Shown: one piece after another, positions 18,925-28,779 of the stretch | Position numbering within the stretch: the first letter of the stretch is position 1 | Layout: each line of letters starts with the position of its first letter | Source of the DNA: Deltaproteobacteria bacterium | GTDB taxonomy: Bacteria; Desulfobacterota; Desulfomonilia; UBA1062 | Direction of reading: 5' to 3' | Length of the DNA: 64,000 nucleotides | Assembly: GCA_018436855.1 (NCBI GenBank) | Contig: JAHDKO010000016.1 | Coordinates: 7,286 to 71,285 of the forward strand | Notes under the pieces: model-generated | The model's database searches: none | Seen by the model: only the letters and a program-made list of their open reading frames with translations | Told to the model about the DNA's origin: nothing | Made by a program: the position numbers and the translations under genes

Positions 18925-19040
18925 TATGCTTATACTTCATTTATAACATATCCTTGATCAATTTATTTGATCATTGAGCCACCGAAGAGTGGTAAAAGTA
19001 GTTCCCAAGCAGTTTTCAGGTAATTTCTCCAAACATTCAA
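18925..19040. repeat. Right copy of ~110-bp imperfect inverted repeat (partner at 11065..11176)
   Basis: See the left copy for the alignment. Confidence 0.6.
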
Positions 19041-19150
19041 GTCAAGGTACATCATCCTTACCGTAAGCCGCATACTCTCTACGTATGTGTTGGTATGGGT
19101 GATCCCAGATATAAAAAGGTATTAAAAAAAAACTATATAGGAGGATTATT

Positions 19151-19669
19151 ATGCAAAGAAAGGTGAGTAGAATTGAAAGGCATGATACTATGTGGGATAT
19201 TATTGGCCCCACCGTCCTGGTCGCTTTCTTTGGGTTTTGCACATGGAGAAATGGCAACTTGTTCAGCATTACAATGGTTGTGGTTTTTACCATAATCATG
19301 ACCTATGTGGTACTGATCCACTTGTTAGCTCTTCATAAGCAGGCGAGGCAAAATAGCAAAAAGGATCATGCTCTCAAAAAAGAATCGAAAAGAAAAAATC
19401 CACACCAGAACCAGAGACTCGGAAGAGATTTCATCAGAAAAACCATACTTATTGGTTTTGATGGAATCTCGGTTGCCCAGGCGTGTTTGGAATTCCTCAA
19501 AAAACAAGGAATCAACACCCCTGAGCCGTATGACCGGCTGTATGCCGCCCTGGAAGATCCGTTCTGGGGAAAGGAAACAGCAGAGCGAATATTCGATTTC
19601 ATGAATCGAATTGCTCCAGAGGGAAGCGAATTCCGGGAAATCGATGAAAATGCCTGGGGATTCGCATAA
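19151..19669 (+). CDS. membrane protein, hypothetical
   Basis: AGGAGG RBS. Two TM segments followed by a soluble C-terminal domain. Confidence 0.5.
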   Translation: MQRKVSRIERHDTMWDIIGPTVLVAFFGFCTWRNGNLFSITMVVVFTIIMTYVVLIHLLALHKQARQNSKKDHALKKESKRKNPHQNQRLGRDFIRKTILIGFDGISVAQACLEFLKKQGINTPEPYDRLYAALEDPFWGKETAERIFDFMNRIAPEGSEFREIDENAWGFA

Positions 19670-19685
19670 AGTCTAACGAATTATA

Positions 19686-19727
19686 GGGAAAGTCCGAATA
19701 TGGTTTTAAAGCTGTATTCGGACTTTC
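19686..19727. terminator. Hairpin (13-bp stem) downstream of 19151..19669
   Basis: gaaagtccgaata-N14-tattcggactttc. No strong T-run. Confidence 0.35.
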
Positions 19728-19888
19728 TTAATCATGGAGGTAAGAGAGATGTCTAGGAGCTGCATGCAAACTGTAATTCATGCGAAAGCAGAGGAACCGG
19801 ACCTCCAGCTATTTCATGGATTGCCGCTTTAGCGGGAATTACTGCTCTCTTGATACGATTAGGTTTGCGTACAGCACCTAGAACAAAA

Positions 19889-19930
19889 AAACCCGGAAAC
19901 GGCTTTAAGGCTGTCTCCGGGTTTTTTATC
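19889..19930. terminator. Bidirectional rho-independent terminator
   Basis: aaaaaaacccggaaacggctttaaggctgtctccgggtttttt has a GC stem flanked by an A-run and a T-run. It sits between convergent genes. Confidence 0.5.
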
Positions 19931-20222
19931 AATCATCATGGGAACTATAATAAATATTCCCCGGTATATCCGAGTAGGCGGTATCATTCGTCCAATGTTC
20001 GGATTCACCATCAATCCAATCATCGGTGTCATGTCTTTTCCGCACTTCCCCACAGTAAAGCCTCTTCATGTCCCAACCAATAAGGAATATCACAATGGGA
20101 CAGATCAGGTACACAATCGGATATTCGCTACCGAGTGTGACTAGAATCACCGCAGCAATAAAAATGATGATAGTTGCAAAAATATAATTTACAATTCGCT
20201 TGATGCGATCAGCAACCTTCAT
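19929..20222 (-). CDS. small membrane protein, hypothetical
   Basis: 97 aa with two TM helices. ATGA overlap with the upstream gene. Confidence 0.4.
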   Translation of the reverse strand: MKVADRIKRIVNYIFATIIIFIAAVILVTLGSEYPIVYLICPIVIFLIGWDMKRLYCGEVRKRHDTDDWIDGESEHWTNDTAYSDIPGNIYYSSHDD

Positions 20223-20431
20223 TTGCTTGCCACCTCCTTTATCTGAGCCTCATCCGGGTAAAACTCTGCGATCAGATCACTTTTTCCAAGAACATGAAGC
20301 TCTGCAATGTGCTTCGCTTTCATATCGACCGGCTTGAAGTCATCCAGGGTGATACCATCCAGAGTAGCATGAGCCCAAGCCCACCCTCCAATTACCGCCA
20401 GAATGATGATCCACTCTTTAATCTTCTTCAT
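20219..20431 (-). CDS. small membrane-anchored protein, hypothetical
   Basis: Start MKKIKEW at 20431 with GAGGTAAGAG RBS. The longer ORF to 20479 would include its own promoter. Confidence 0.4.
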   Translation of the reverse strand: MKKIKEWIIILAVIGGWAWAHATLDGITLDDFKPVDMKAKHIAELHVLGKSDLIAEFYPDEAQIKEVASK

Positions 20432-20444
20432 TTCTCTTACCTCT

Positions 20445-20488
20445 ATATGACATATAGCATACTTGAAGTTATTTGTCAAGTATTATTT
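20445..20488 (-). promoter_or_regulatory. Sigma70-type promoter (family B): AATAATAC-TTGACA-N17-TATATG
   Basis: Minus strand gaaaataatacTTGACAaataacttcaagtatgcTATATG. Confidence 0.45.
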
Positions 20489-20494
20489 TCATTA

Positions 20495-23400
20495 TCAGTC
20501 ATCGGGGGTTATTTTTTTAAGATCTTCCCCTATTGCCAACTCATCCTTTTCCCGTGCTAGTTCTGCATGATCGAATGCAATTTTCTCTGCCATACTCTGA
20601 GATCTTGTGGCATCGATAACTTTATCCGCTGCCCTTCCAGCAACCAATGTCGAGTCCTCTCCAGGACGAGTAATGCCAGTACCCTCCCCTTCGCTTCGTT
20701 GCTGCTCAAGAATGCTGGCATGACTGTTTATAGATGCTTCAGCCAACTCTCCAGCTTTTCCTTCACTTCCCGCCTCATTTATCCAGTCCATCATAGTGTC
20801 GGATACCATCTTAATACCGTGAGCTTTTTCTGCGGAGGACAGATTGTCGTTTTCCATGATCGACATAGATGCCGTTTTATAAACGTCATGCCCTGTTCTT
20901 GCCTGATTTATTTTATCATCCGACCATTCTGTTCCAGCATGCCCTTCGGCTGCAAATAAGGAAAAAAACGATGCTTTCATACTTGCTTTTAAACCAGCAG
21001 TCTCTTGGAACTTTTCTGTATTCTTAGATGTTTGGTTGGCGTCTATAAGATGTTTAACATCATCTCCAAGAGCCCCCACATACTGCATCCTAAAAGCACT
21101 GTTATCCAGTTCATCCAAGATTTCTGTAGGAGCATCCCCCCTTCTCGCTGACGCAAAAGCAGAACCATTTGACTCAAATTTCATTCCAACAACTTCACCA
21201 CCAGTTTCATCCACAGTTACCATTCCACCGGCACTCCCATTTCCATTAACAAGTGTTCCTCGCGTAATGCGACGATTATCACCCTGTATTTCCTGATTTC
21301 CCACTATGGACCCTGTACCTATTTCAAATTCCTCGCCTCTATTCTTAACGGCAATCCCACGGGTTTGATCAACTCCACTATTGTCAGATACCATATCGGT
21401 TGTGTTCACGTTTGTCGCAAATACTCCAGATTTTTCATTGTATCCCAGACCCATAGATACATTTTTCCCTACCTCGATTCCTCTGGTATCTATACCTTGT
21501 GCTGCCAACCATCCCTTCATATTATCTCTTTCTTCGGGACTGCCAATAAAACTATTGATTTTGCCATTTCTAGCCCAGGCTTCCTGCCCTGGACCGCTAC
21601 TGTTGATTGCTCTGATCTCATTCATTGTTTCAGGTGAGATCGAACCCGTCTTTCTTATATCATTGTCGAGTCTCTGAGATCCTTGGACAGTCCGATCTAA
21701 ATTCTGAGTATATTCTTGCGATCTCTGGGTTGTCTCTCCACCCCTGCTATCCATGATAGCGGCTCTACCTATGTCTTTTTTCGCATTCTCTTCACCAAGA
21801 GGCTCATAGAGATTTCCAACGCTCCCCAATCCTTTGTCTTTTGCTCCATGTTGAGCTTCCCGTATATTTGCCTCACTCTGCCCCATCACCTTGCCGCCAA
21901 CATCTCCCCAATGGTTTCCAAAATTCAAATCACGTTTCTCGGCTTCAATATTATTTGCATCACTGCTAAAAGCCTGTTGCCGTCCTATGCCTCTCGATGC
22001 CTCAAAAACTCCGCTCCCCATAGCTCTTTCCATTCTGAACTCTTCATCTCTTGCACCGTACCGACCCAGGTTTTCTGCAGCGGTAAGACCTTTGGGCAGA
22101 TCCTTATTGAGCAATTCTCTTTGTGCCTCCAAGCCCTCTCGCGCTCCTGCGTTCTTAATCGGTCCCATTGCCCCACCAACAAAACTGCCAAGCATATAAC
22201 CGCCAAACTTAAAAAGAATTGCAGAAAAAGCCCCGGCAAGCATGACCGCGCTGGTTCTCATGTACCCAAACGCCGCCAATGTTTTCAACATAGAATGTGG
22301 GGCCATAAAGGCAACATTGTTCACCCCGAAGTTTTCACCATGCATTGCTTTACTGAACGTATGAATTCCGTATTCCATAAGATATGAGTTCACTACCGCA
22401 TCAGCCACACCCCACAAAGAAAGGAAGCAGAAACCACCACAAATCGCGCCCAACACCTTGCCAAACAGGGGAGTAGGGATCAACAACATCAAAACAGGAA
22501 GCATCCCCACAAAAATTGCAATGATTGCGGCTTTCATAATCGGGACATAATTATTCGCAGCAATTCCAACGCCCATGCCCCCTGCCGTCCAGGCTTGACT
22601 TACCTCTGCTGCTATCTTGGTTCCGGGTCGAGCATCGATATGATACTTCAATATTTCGTCCGATATTATCCTGGCAGAAAGAATATTGCCAAGCCCAGGC
22701 AACCCATCGCTCGATCCCATTTCACCGCCGCTACTCCCATGAACACTCCAAGACTGACCTGACGATAGAATGTTTATAGTGTTCAATAACCAGTTTCTGC
22801 ACATTATCATATGAGAACCATTTGTAATATCCCATCCCGCTCCACTGCAAACAGACCTCATCAGTAGAGATTCGTCATTGTTTGTAACTTCAAGATTTAC
22901 AAAATTATTTAATCTTCCATTCAGACCCAAATTATTGCTATCAGTGCCGTTCCATGCAGCATTACAGGTTACGGTTTCCCCCTGCGGCTCATTTTGCGAA
23001 TATAACGTAGTAAAAATTCCATCCCAATGAGATGCTTTCCCCAGGACGCATGCTAAATTATTTTCACAGTCTTCTTTTGGGTTCTCAAGATCATTTGGCA
23101 CTATCGTTGCCCCAGGTTGGTACATCTCCCAAATAACACAATTCTCATAATATTCTCGCAATGATATCCGATCATGCATGGTCCATTCTTCAAGGGGAAT
23201 TTCATCACCCATAAAAAGATTGAACAGGGCTCCTATGACAGCACCACCAGCCATATCTCTATATGTTATACCCGACATGGATGCAGTATCAAATAACTCG
23301 ATCATTCCGGTTTCTATCTTATTTGCCATCCCCGCAATGGTAATGATTCCATCCGGGACACCGCCAACGCTGGTAGTAGTATTCGTGGTTTCATCGTAAA

Positions 23401-23764
23401 TAAACATGGTGTCAGTCTGGTTTACGAACACAAGGTAAATGATCACACTGAAAATTATTGTCATGAACCATTTAATCCACTGCCCTGCGCCAATTTCCAG
23501 TTTATCCATCCCTCGGATGACAACACCAAACCCGCCGATCACAAAGCTCAAAACAATTATTCCAAAAAACAGCCCCTTGTATGCGTCCGAAGACACGATA
23601 AGGGCAACTTTCTGAAATGCGTCCGCGATAATATGCGCCGTCCCTCCATAGGTGTGGTATTCCTGGAAAATAGCCGCATTTCCGGCAATTACGGCATCAG
23701 GAGTAAGTAACACCAACAACCCTATTACACCGGCAAGTCCTATATGGATGTTTCTAACGCTCAT
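20495..23764 (-). CDS. traG: TraG (F-type), N-terminal pilus-assembly membrane domain plus C-terminal mating-pair-stabilisation domain
   Basis: 1089 aa with a multi-TM N-terminus typical of TraG_N and a long soluble C-terminal domain. Final gene of the tra operon. Confidence 0.8.
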   Translation of the reverse strand: MSVRNIHIGLAGVIGLLVLLTPDAVIAGNAAIFQEYHTYGGTAHIIADAFQKVALIVSSDAYKGLFFGIIVLSFVIGGFGVVIRGMDKLEIGAGQWIKWFMTIIFSVIIYLVFVNQTDTMFIYDETTNTTTSVGGVPDGIITIAGMANKIETGMIELFDTASMSGITYRDMAGGAVIGALFNLFMGDEIPLEEWTMHDRISLREYYENCVIWEMYQPGATIVPNDLENPKEDCENNLACVLGKASHWDGIFTTLYSQNEPQGETVTCNAAWNGTDSNNLGLNGRLNNFVNLEVTNNDESLLMRSVCSGAGWDITNGSHMIMCRNWLLNTINILSSGQSWSVHGSSGGEMGSSDGLPGLGNILSARIISDEILKYHIDARPGTKIAAEVSQAWTAGGMGVGIAANNYVPIMKAAIIAIFVGMLPVLMLLIPTPLFGKVLGAICGGFCFLSLWGVADAVVNSYLMEYGIHTFSKAMHGENFGVNNVAFMAPHSMLKTLAAFGYMRTSAVMLAGAFSAILFKFGGYMLGSFVGGAMGPIKNAGAREGLEAQRELLNKDLPKGLTAAENLGRYGARDEEFRMERAMGSGVFEASRGIGRQQAFSSDANNIEAEKRDLNFGNHWGDVGGKVMGQSEANIREAQHGAKDKGLGSVGNLYEPLGEENAKKDIGRAAIMDSRGGETTQRSQEYTQNLDRTVQGSQRLDNDIRKTGSISPETMNEIRAINSSGPGQEAWARNGKINSFIGSPEERDNMKGWLAAQGIDTRGIEVGKNVSMGLGYNEKSGVFATNVNTTDMVSDNSGVDQTRGIAVKNRGEEFEIGTGSIVGNQEIQGDNRRITRGTLVNGNGSAGGMVTVDETGGEVVGMKFESNGSAFASARRGDAPTEILDELDNSAFRMQYVGALGDDVKHLIDANQTSKNTEKFQETAGLKASMKASFFSLFAAEGHAGTEWSDDKINQARTGHDVYKTASMSIMENDNLSSAEKAHGIKMVSDTMMDWINEAGSEGKAGELAEASINSHASILEQQRSEGEGTGITRPGEDSTLVAGRAADKVIDATRSQSMAEKIAFDHAELAREKDELAIGEDLKKITPDD

Positions 23765-23780
23765 AATTTGTCTCCATCAA

Positions 23781-25235
23781 TTACATTGCTTTCAGCTTGT
23801 TTGGCATGAGTCTCTCCGACACCTTCTCAAGAACATCGCTATACATATCGAGTCGGTTCCTTGCGGCCTCGATTTCCCACTGCCTTTTCTCCAAATCCAA
23901 CCTGTGTGCAGCGTACATATAATTCCGGTATATTCTTATTTCATTGACTTTTTTATCAAGGGTAGCTTTGAGCTTTGAAGCCCACTGCGCGTTCTTTTCA
24001 TTTGCCTCGGCTTCCACCTGATTACCCTTCTCCCTGTATAATTTCTCAAGCAATCCAAGAACGTTGTCCAATATACCCATCGCGTATCGATTGGCTGCAA
24101 TCCATCTGATATCGTCCATAGTGGCGAACGCCATGTCGGCATCCTGAAAAATTATTGAATAAGTTTTTCCTGCCAAATAAATTGAATCATCAACATTGTT
24201 TATAAAATGTGTAACATCCGTATCAGGACTTCCCCCTCCCCCCGGAGTTACCATCGCTGTCAACATTGCCCGTGTATTTGTATCAACCCAATCCTTAATT
24301 GAGTCATAGGATATCCCGTTAATGCTGATCGAATTCATCGGAGAACATACGCCACTTTCATCCATCGCGTGTATCTCGCCATTAACAAACATTTCCAGCA
24401 ACCCTTCTCCCGCCACATTTTTCGCGCATCCAGGCTTATTTACTGGATCAATAAACCACTTCGATTCAGCATCAATATCCCCAAGAAGACCCTTCATGAG
24501 AGCCATGAGATCATCTTCATCAATCAGGTCGGATCTTTCACTAATCATTTCTTCTATCATTGATGGAGCATCGGTCCTGATCTGCTCTCCGTCTTTTGTT
24601 TTTCCCTCAATATCATCCTTAGCGTCGTTGAGCATTGCAGCCGCCCACGCAGTCGTATCGTCATAAGCCTTCTTCCCGGAATCCCATACATCATCAAGCC
24701 CGGTATCCGTCCTCCATTTCGTCAGAGTTTCCTTGGCTCCATCAGTATTGCCATGGAATGTTTCCGCACTCGCAGTCACCAGGGTTTTTGACGTAGAGCA
24801 ATCATCAAACTGAAGTTGGTTCAAGGCATCCAGCATGTGTTCCGTGTTTTCAATTGACGTTGCCAGGGGCTCGTTCAGCGTTTTCAATCCCACCTGGAGG
24901 GCAATCACCGCAGCACCCGAGGCAATGTTTTGCAGCTTGCTCACCAAATACTCGGGATCAACAAACGACATCGAACCCATGAACAGGTCAATTCCTCCGC
25001 ATCCGCTGCTGTTCATCCTGGGACCGGATATCGAGATAGGATAGTCCGTAGTTCCCTTCCACCTGACAGACATCCCGCCTCCCGTGGCATAGTTTCTCTG
25101 CTGCCCCTTGTATGCGCTCGGGTTCATGGTTGTGGACTGATCGAACCAATCGTCCATCCAGCCTGCTTGGGACGTTCCCGCAAATGCCAGGACAGAAAAG
25201 ACGGCGATAGTGATTGCTTTCAACGTATTATTCAT
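23781..25235 (-). CDS. traH: TraH (F-type pilus assembly)
   Basis: Signal peptide start MNNTLKAITIAVF with GGAGG RBS. GCGGIDLFMGSMSF region. Size and operon position match traH. Confidence 0.6.
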   Translation of the reverse strand: MNNTLKAITIAVFSVLAFAGTSQAGWMDDWFDQSTTMNPSAYKGQQRNYATGGGMSVRWKGTTDYPISISGPRMNSSGCGGIDLFMGSMSFVDPEYLVSKLQNIASGAAVIALQVGLKTLNEPLATSIENTEHMLDALNQLQFDDCSTSKTLVTASAETFHGNTDGAKETLTKWRTDTGLDDVWDSGKKAYDDTTAWAAAMLNDAKDDIEGKTKDGEQIRTDAPSMIEEMISERSDLIDEDDLMALMKGLLGDIDAESKWFIDPVNKPGCAKNVAGEGLLEMFVNGEIHAMDESGVCSPMNSISINGISYDSIKDWVDTNTRAMLTAMVTPGGGGSPDTDVTHFINNVDDSIYLAGKTYSIIFQDADMAFATMDDIRWIAANRYAMGILDNVLGLLEKLYREKGNQVEAEANEKNAQWASKLKATLDKKVNEIRIYRNYMYAAHRLDLEKRQWEIEAARNRLDMYSDVLEKVSERLMPNKLKAM

Positions 25236-26205
25236 GCTCCCTCCCAAAATTCCCGCCACCGGGAAATAAGTGTTTCTTCTCTCCCAATGACAGCGGATCG
25301 GCTCCGCTGCCGCTCTCGTAGTCGTACAAGAAATACTGTTCCGGTGCTCTCTCACCGTTCATGTAGTTGATAGTTCGGTAAAGCCGGTGAGACAGATCGG
25401 CCATTGAGACAACTCCTTGAGAAACCGGCATCGCTTCTCCGCTTTCCCGGTGAACAAGTAGAATAGAAGGCACCTGGGTAATGCCGTGCCTTGCAGCAAG
25501 ATTCGCGCTCTGTGTCCCGCCATCGATATCCGCGTATTTGACCGCCCAACCGTATTCTTTCTGGAAATACTCCAGGATCGATACCTGAGCATCACAGAAA
25601 CCACAGCCTTCTCCCGTGAACACGAACATTCCAAAATTATCCCGGTTATTAAACAAGGTCTGCTCAACGCTTTCTTTCTGCATAACGGTTCTGGCCTTCA
25701 ATCCCGGCCCGGTAATTGGGGAAACATCCCGGTTTCCCAGATACGGGTATTTCTGAGAAACAAGCATGTATGTTCCGGCAAACGCCGCCGCCTTCCGACG
25801 AGCAATATCCTGTAGAAAAGCGTACTCAAGAACATTTTTTTCGCTCGGTTCCCGAACCGCCTTTTTGCGAATATCATCAGACAGCTTATGGAAATCGTCC
25901 GTGTTCATGCTCCAGATTTCGTCATAAGTATAATCATCAAGAGATGCCTCCTTATCGGGTTCCGAGGCATTCACCTGTTCGCTCTCATCTTCTTCAACAG
26001 GAGGATCTTCGAACCAGTACCATCCCCTGTACTTGTCATTATAGAACTCGTTGGTCAGTCCCGGTGTTTGTCTTTCCGGTTCGACGGCGATCACCGTTGC
26101 CGGGAAAGCATACGTCATAACCAGCAAGCTACAAAACAGGGTGAACAATGGCCTTGATTGTGCTTTTGTTAATGAATCCATAATACCGCCCATCATAACT
26201 GTCAT
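25228..26205 (-). CDS. traF: TraF/TrbB-like thioredoxin-fold protein with CxxC
   Basis: FVFTGEGCGFCDAQ thioredoxin motif. N-terminal signal/TM. GGGGGA RBS before ATG 26205. Positioned before traH as in F-like systems. Confidence 0.55.
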   Translation of the reverse strand: MTVMMGGIMDSLTKAQSRPLFTLFCSLLVMTYAFPATVIAVEPERQTPGLTNEFYNDKYRGWYWFEDPPVEEDESEQVNASEPDKEASLDDYTYDEIWSMNTDDFHKLSDDIRKKAVREPSEKNVLEYAFLQDIARRKAAAFAGTYMLVSQKYPYLGNRDVSPITGPGLKARTVMQKESVEQTLFNNRDNFGMFVFTGEGCGFCDAQVSILEYFQKEYGWAVKYADIDGGTQSANLAARHGITQVPSILLVHRESGEAMPVSQGVVSMADLSHRLYRTINYMNGERAPEQYFLYDYESGSGADPLSLGEKKHLFPGGGNFGREHE

Positions 26206-26611
26206 AATGATCCCCCATGCAAAACACATGGTTTGCCGGCACCTTGCCTTTATGTATGAACAACGTATGCTCTCGACCATCGAGAGTGTGCGTCTTTGCC
26301 GTCCCGAGATACTTTCCATCGCAATAGAAATCCCTTCCCTCGTTGCAAAGCTCCTGGCCCTCATTACAAGCTACCCTTTTGGCAACCTGTACCGCGTCAG
26401 GTATGAACTCGGTCTTGAGATCGAACACGATATAAGATCCTTCGCCAATCTCATCAGCCTCAAAAGTCCGGTCATAAATAAATATCCGGTGATTCAGTGA
26501 AGGGGTCAGTGTCACCATGATATATTCGGGGATCTTAAACCCCACCAGTGCAGCAATGATGAGAATTCCACAAACAAAGAGCTTTTTAGGGGTTGATCTG
26601 TTCAACACCAT
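26129..26611 (-). CDS. trhF: Signal peptidase I (S26) family, pilin-processing TraF/TrhF-type
   Basis: N-terminal TM. C-terminal GDHYDSYDGRYYGFI matches the S26 GDNRxxSxDSRyxG box. Confidence 0.7.
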   Translation of the reverse strand: MVLNRSTPKKLFVCGILIIAALVGFKIPEYIMVTLTPSLNHRIFIYDRTFEADEIGEGSYIVFDLKTEFIPDAVQVAKRVACNEGQELCNEGRDFYCDGKYLGTAKTHTLDGREHTLFIHKGKVPANHVFCMGDHYDSYDGRYYGFINKSTIKAIVHPVL

Positions 26612-26906
26612 TCCCCCTTACCGCTCCGGTGAACAGGATCACGCTACCCCTTTCCGCGCCATATCTCTCAAGCATGGCATCCACTTTATCCAGAGCCTCG
26701 TTTGCCTGCTCTATGGTGAGTTTGTTCATGGCAACATTTTCTGCCAAGGTCTGACTGTATTCCGCGAGGTCGAATGAATACACCCTGGTTGCGTAGTGTT
26801 TTTCGTACAGCAATAGCCCTGCGGTCATAAAAACAGTGCTCACTATCATTGAAATCACCAAAGCCATAAACACGCTGCAACCGTTTCTCTTTTTTTCAGT
26901 TTCCAT
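26586..26906 (-). CDS. small membrane protein, hypothetical
   Basis: 106 aa with one TM helix. Lies within the tra operon. Confidence 0.35.
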   Translation of the reverse strand: METEKKRNGCSVFMALVISMIVSTVFMTAGLLLYEKHYATRVYSFDLAEYSQTLAENVAMNKLTIEQANEALDKVDAMLERYGAERGSVILFTGAVRGNGVEQINP

Positions 26907-27711
26907 AAAATCCCCTTCTCATTTTTTGAAGAATTTCAAGAACCCGCGAATTCCCGGTTTTCTGATAAATACTCTCCACAGCGTAATCCAATGACGCATC
27001 GCCGCGAACAATATACGCATCCTTCACCTTGGCATTCTCGCTCCAGCCTTCGCTTTGTTCGATATCCACCAACTTCAGGCCATCCGCATAAATAATTGCC
27101 GGGACCGCCTCGATGCTGTACGCCCGGAAAATAAGAGGATCGATCTGAATATTCGTGAAATCCAAATCCGAGATGCCCCACTGTTCAACAATCATGTTCC
27201 TGAACCCGGCAAGATTCTGATTTTTCACGCCACCAGGAACACCCCTGAGAACCATGATCACATTCGGATCACCAATTTTATTTATATCTGCAAGATATCT
27301 CTTGATTGTTCCCTTGGGCATCGAAGTGGAAACAAGTACATAAAGCCTCTCATCTGCGTTCAGTAAGGCACCCGCAACATCTTCTGCAACATCGCCCTCC
27401 TTGGCCTGGGCAGCGGGAACATAACGCTCGATGGCTTCCAGGGTTTTTTTCTGATACTTTTCCACTTGTTTATTAAATTCAGGCGATTTTGTTATTTCGA
27501 CGGTTTTTTTTGCCTTTTCGAGCATGGCGGGATCGATCTCGTAATTCTCCCAATCCTTAGCCATTTTCCTACCTACTTCTTCGGTTTTGTTTACCGCATC
27601 GTTATTTTTTAGATCGTTAATAAAATCATGCACATCCTCGTTATCCGCATAAACTGGACATGCCAAGGACGCAAAAATGGCGATCAGTATTATTTTTTTC
27701 TTCGCGTTCAT
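26896..27711 (-). CDS. trbC: TrbC (F-type) periplasmic pilus assembly protein
   Basis: Signal peptide. RLYVLVSTSMPKGTIKRYL...VIMVLRGVPGG resembles the TrbC_Ftype core (fvSfSMP...lRG). Follows traU. Confidence 0.55.
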   Translation of the reverse strand: MNAKKKIILIAIFASLACPVYADNEDVHDFINDLKNNDAVNKTEEVGRKMAKDWENYEIDPAMLEKAKKTVEITKSPEFNKQVEKYQKKTLEAIERYVPAAQAKEGDVAEDVAGALLNADERLYVLVSTSMPKGTIKRYLADINKIGDPNVIMVLRGVPGGVKNQNLAGFRNMIVEQWGISDLDFTNIQIDPLIFRAYSIEAVPAIIYADGLKLVDIEQSEGWSENAKVKDAYIVRGDASLDYAVESIYQKTGNSRVLEILQKMRRGFYGN

Positions 27712-27713
27712 GA

Positions 27714-27759
27714 GGGTATTATTCTTTGAGCGGGAAATAAAACGCCCTCAAAAAAAATA
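27714..27759 (-). promoter_or_regulatory. Conserved element A, copy 3 (abuts the trbC start codon, leaderless geometry)
   Basis: gggtattattctttgagcgggaaataaaacgccctcaaaaaaaat. In gene orientation AATAAT-N6-ATG. Confidence 0.5.
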
Positions 27760-27786
27760 TCCCTCAAAAAAGACGATCAGGTCTGC

Positions 27787-28779
27787 CTAAAACATGCAAC
27801 ATGCTCTTTTTTCAAAAACATTATAGAGAAAATTATCAGCCCTGTTTGGGAGATTTTTTCCAATACCCCAGATCATGCTTGTTCTTCCGATAGGAACACA
27901 CTGAGCCCCAATCCCAGGCCGTGCAATTTGATAACGGTACAATCTCTTATTCCAGATTGGTTGCGTAGTGGCAGCGCACAAGTTTTTCTGGTGATCCTTC
28001 AACAAGGTGGTTTTCGCTGTCTTTGCCAATACTTTCCCGGTCACTCCCGCGCTGCCGTTTAACAATCCCGATTGGAATGTGTGTCCCGAATTCGGATAGA
28101 TCGGACCCCATGCGCCCTGGCACCAGAATAAATGCTGGAGAGGATAACCCACAAGAGATGAAACCGATTCTGCCGTGCAAGCAAGCTGCGCGATAGGATT
28201 TGCAAAAAGGAGTGTTTCTGGAGCCCACATCAATGTGTTGATTTTATCATCCTGCCAAAGAGGGTCCACTTCGCTCAAATACATAACATCGAAAGGTTCT
28301 CCCCCGCCACCAGCACAAGCAGCTCCCACTATGGCGTTAATCACGGCAGTAGCAGGATTAAACAGCATATGGGCATGGAAAAACTCCCCTGTTGACCATG
28401 TTTTACTCGCCTGATCGCCTTTCCCTCTTCCTGGGAATGGATTCGGTAATTTCAGCCCGAGAGCCACAAAGCACATTGGATCTTTCACCACTTCCATCGT
28501 GTATGTGGGAGCCCAATATTCCATTGGGATGCCTACTCGTATAAATATTGGAGGTGGCGCAGGACATTGACAAATAGGCGTTTTCTGCTGATTATAATCA
28601 GGTAAACCGCTGCTATTCGGTATTATTGGAACCGATGCTATTCTTAGCGGAAATAAACAATTCCAGCATACATCGGTTACAGGATTCAATATTGTGACTC
28701 TGCAAACCCCCCATGATAATGTGGGGATCGTCATGCACAAAATAGCCGCAAGAAATATCGTTCTTATTCCTGATCGCAT
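27787..28779 (-). CDS. traU: TraU (F-type)
   Basis: 330 aa with a signal peptide, then CRVTILNPVTDVCWNCLFP, which matches the TraU Cys signature (NPxTDxCWxCxFP). Confidence 0.85.
   Translation of the reverse strand: MRSGIRTIFLAAILCMTIPTLSWGVCRVTILNPVTDVCWNCLFPLRIASVPIIPNSSGLPDYNQQKTPICQCPAPPPIFIRVGIPMEYWAPTYTMEVVKDPMCFVALGLKLPNPFPGRGKGDQASKTWSTGEFFHAHMLFNPATAVINAIVGAACAGGGGEPFDVMYLSEVDPLWQDDKINTLMWAPETLLFANPIAQLACTAESVSSLVGYPLQHLFWCQGAWGPIYPNSGHTFQSGLLNGSAGVTGKVLAKTAKTTLLKDHQKNLCAATTQPIWNKRLYRYQIARPGIGAQCVPIGRTSMIWGIGKNLPNRADNFLYNVFEKRACCMF

Noticed and set aside
19042-19604. Minus-strand ORFs overlapping 19151..19669
   Set aside because: The plus-strand gene has an AGGAGG RBS and TM-helix pattern. 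The minus ORFs lack RBS and are compositionally odd.
21036-23399. Multiple plus-strand ORFs (e.g. 21716..22387, 21891..22199) inside traG
   Set aside because: They are nested antisense within the 1089-aa traG reading frame and are Ser/Pro/Leu-rich with no motifs.
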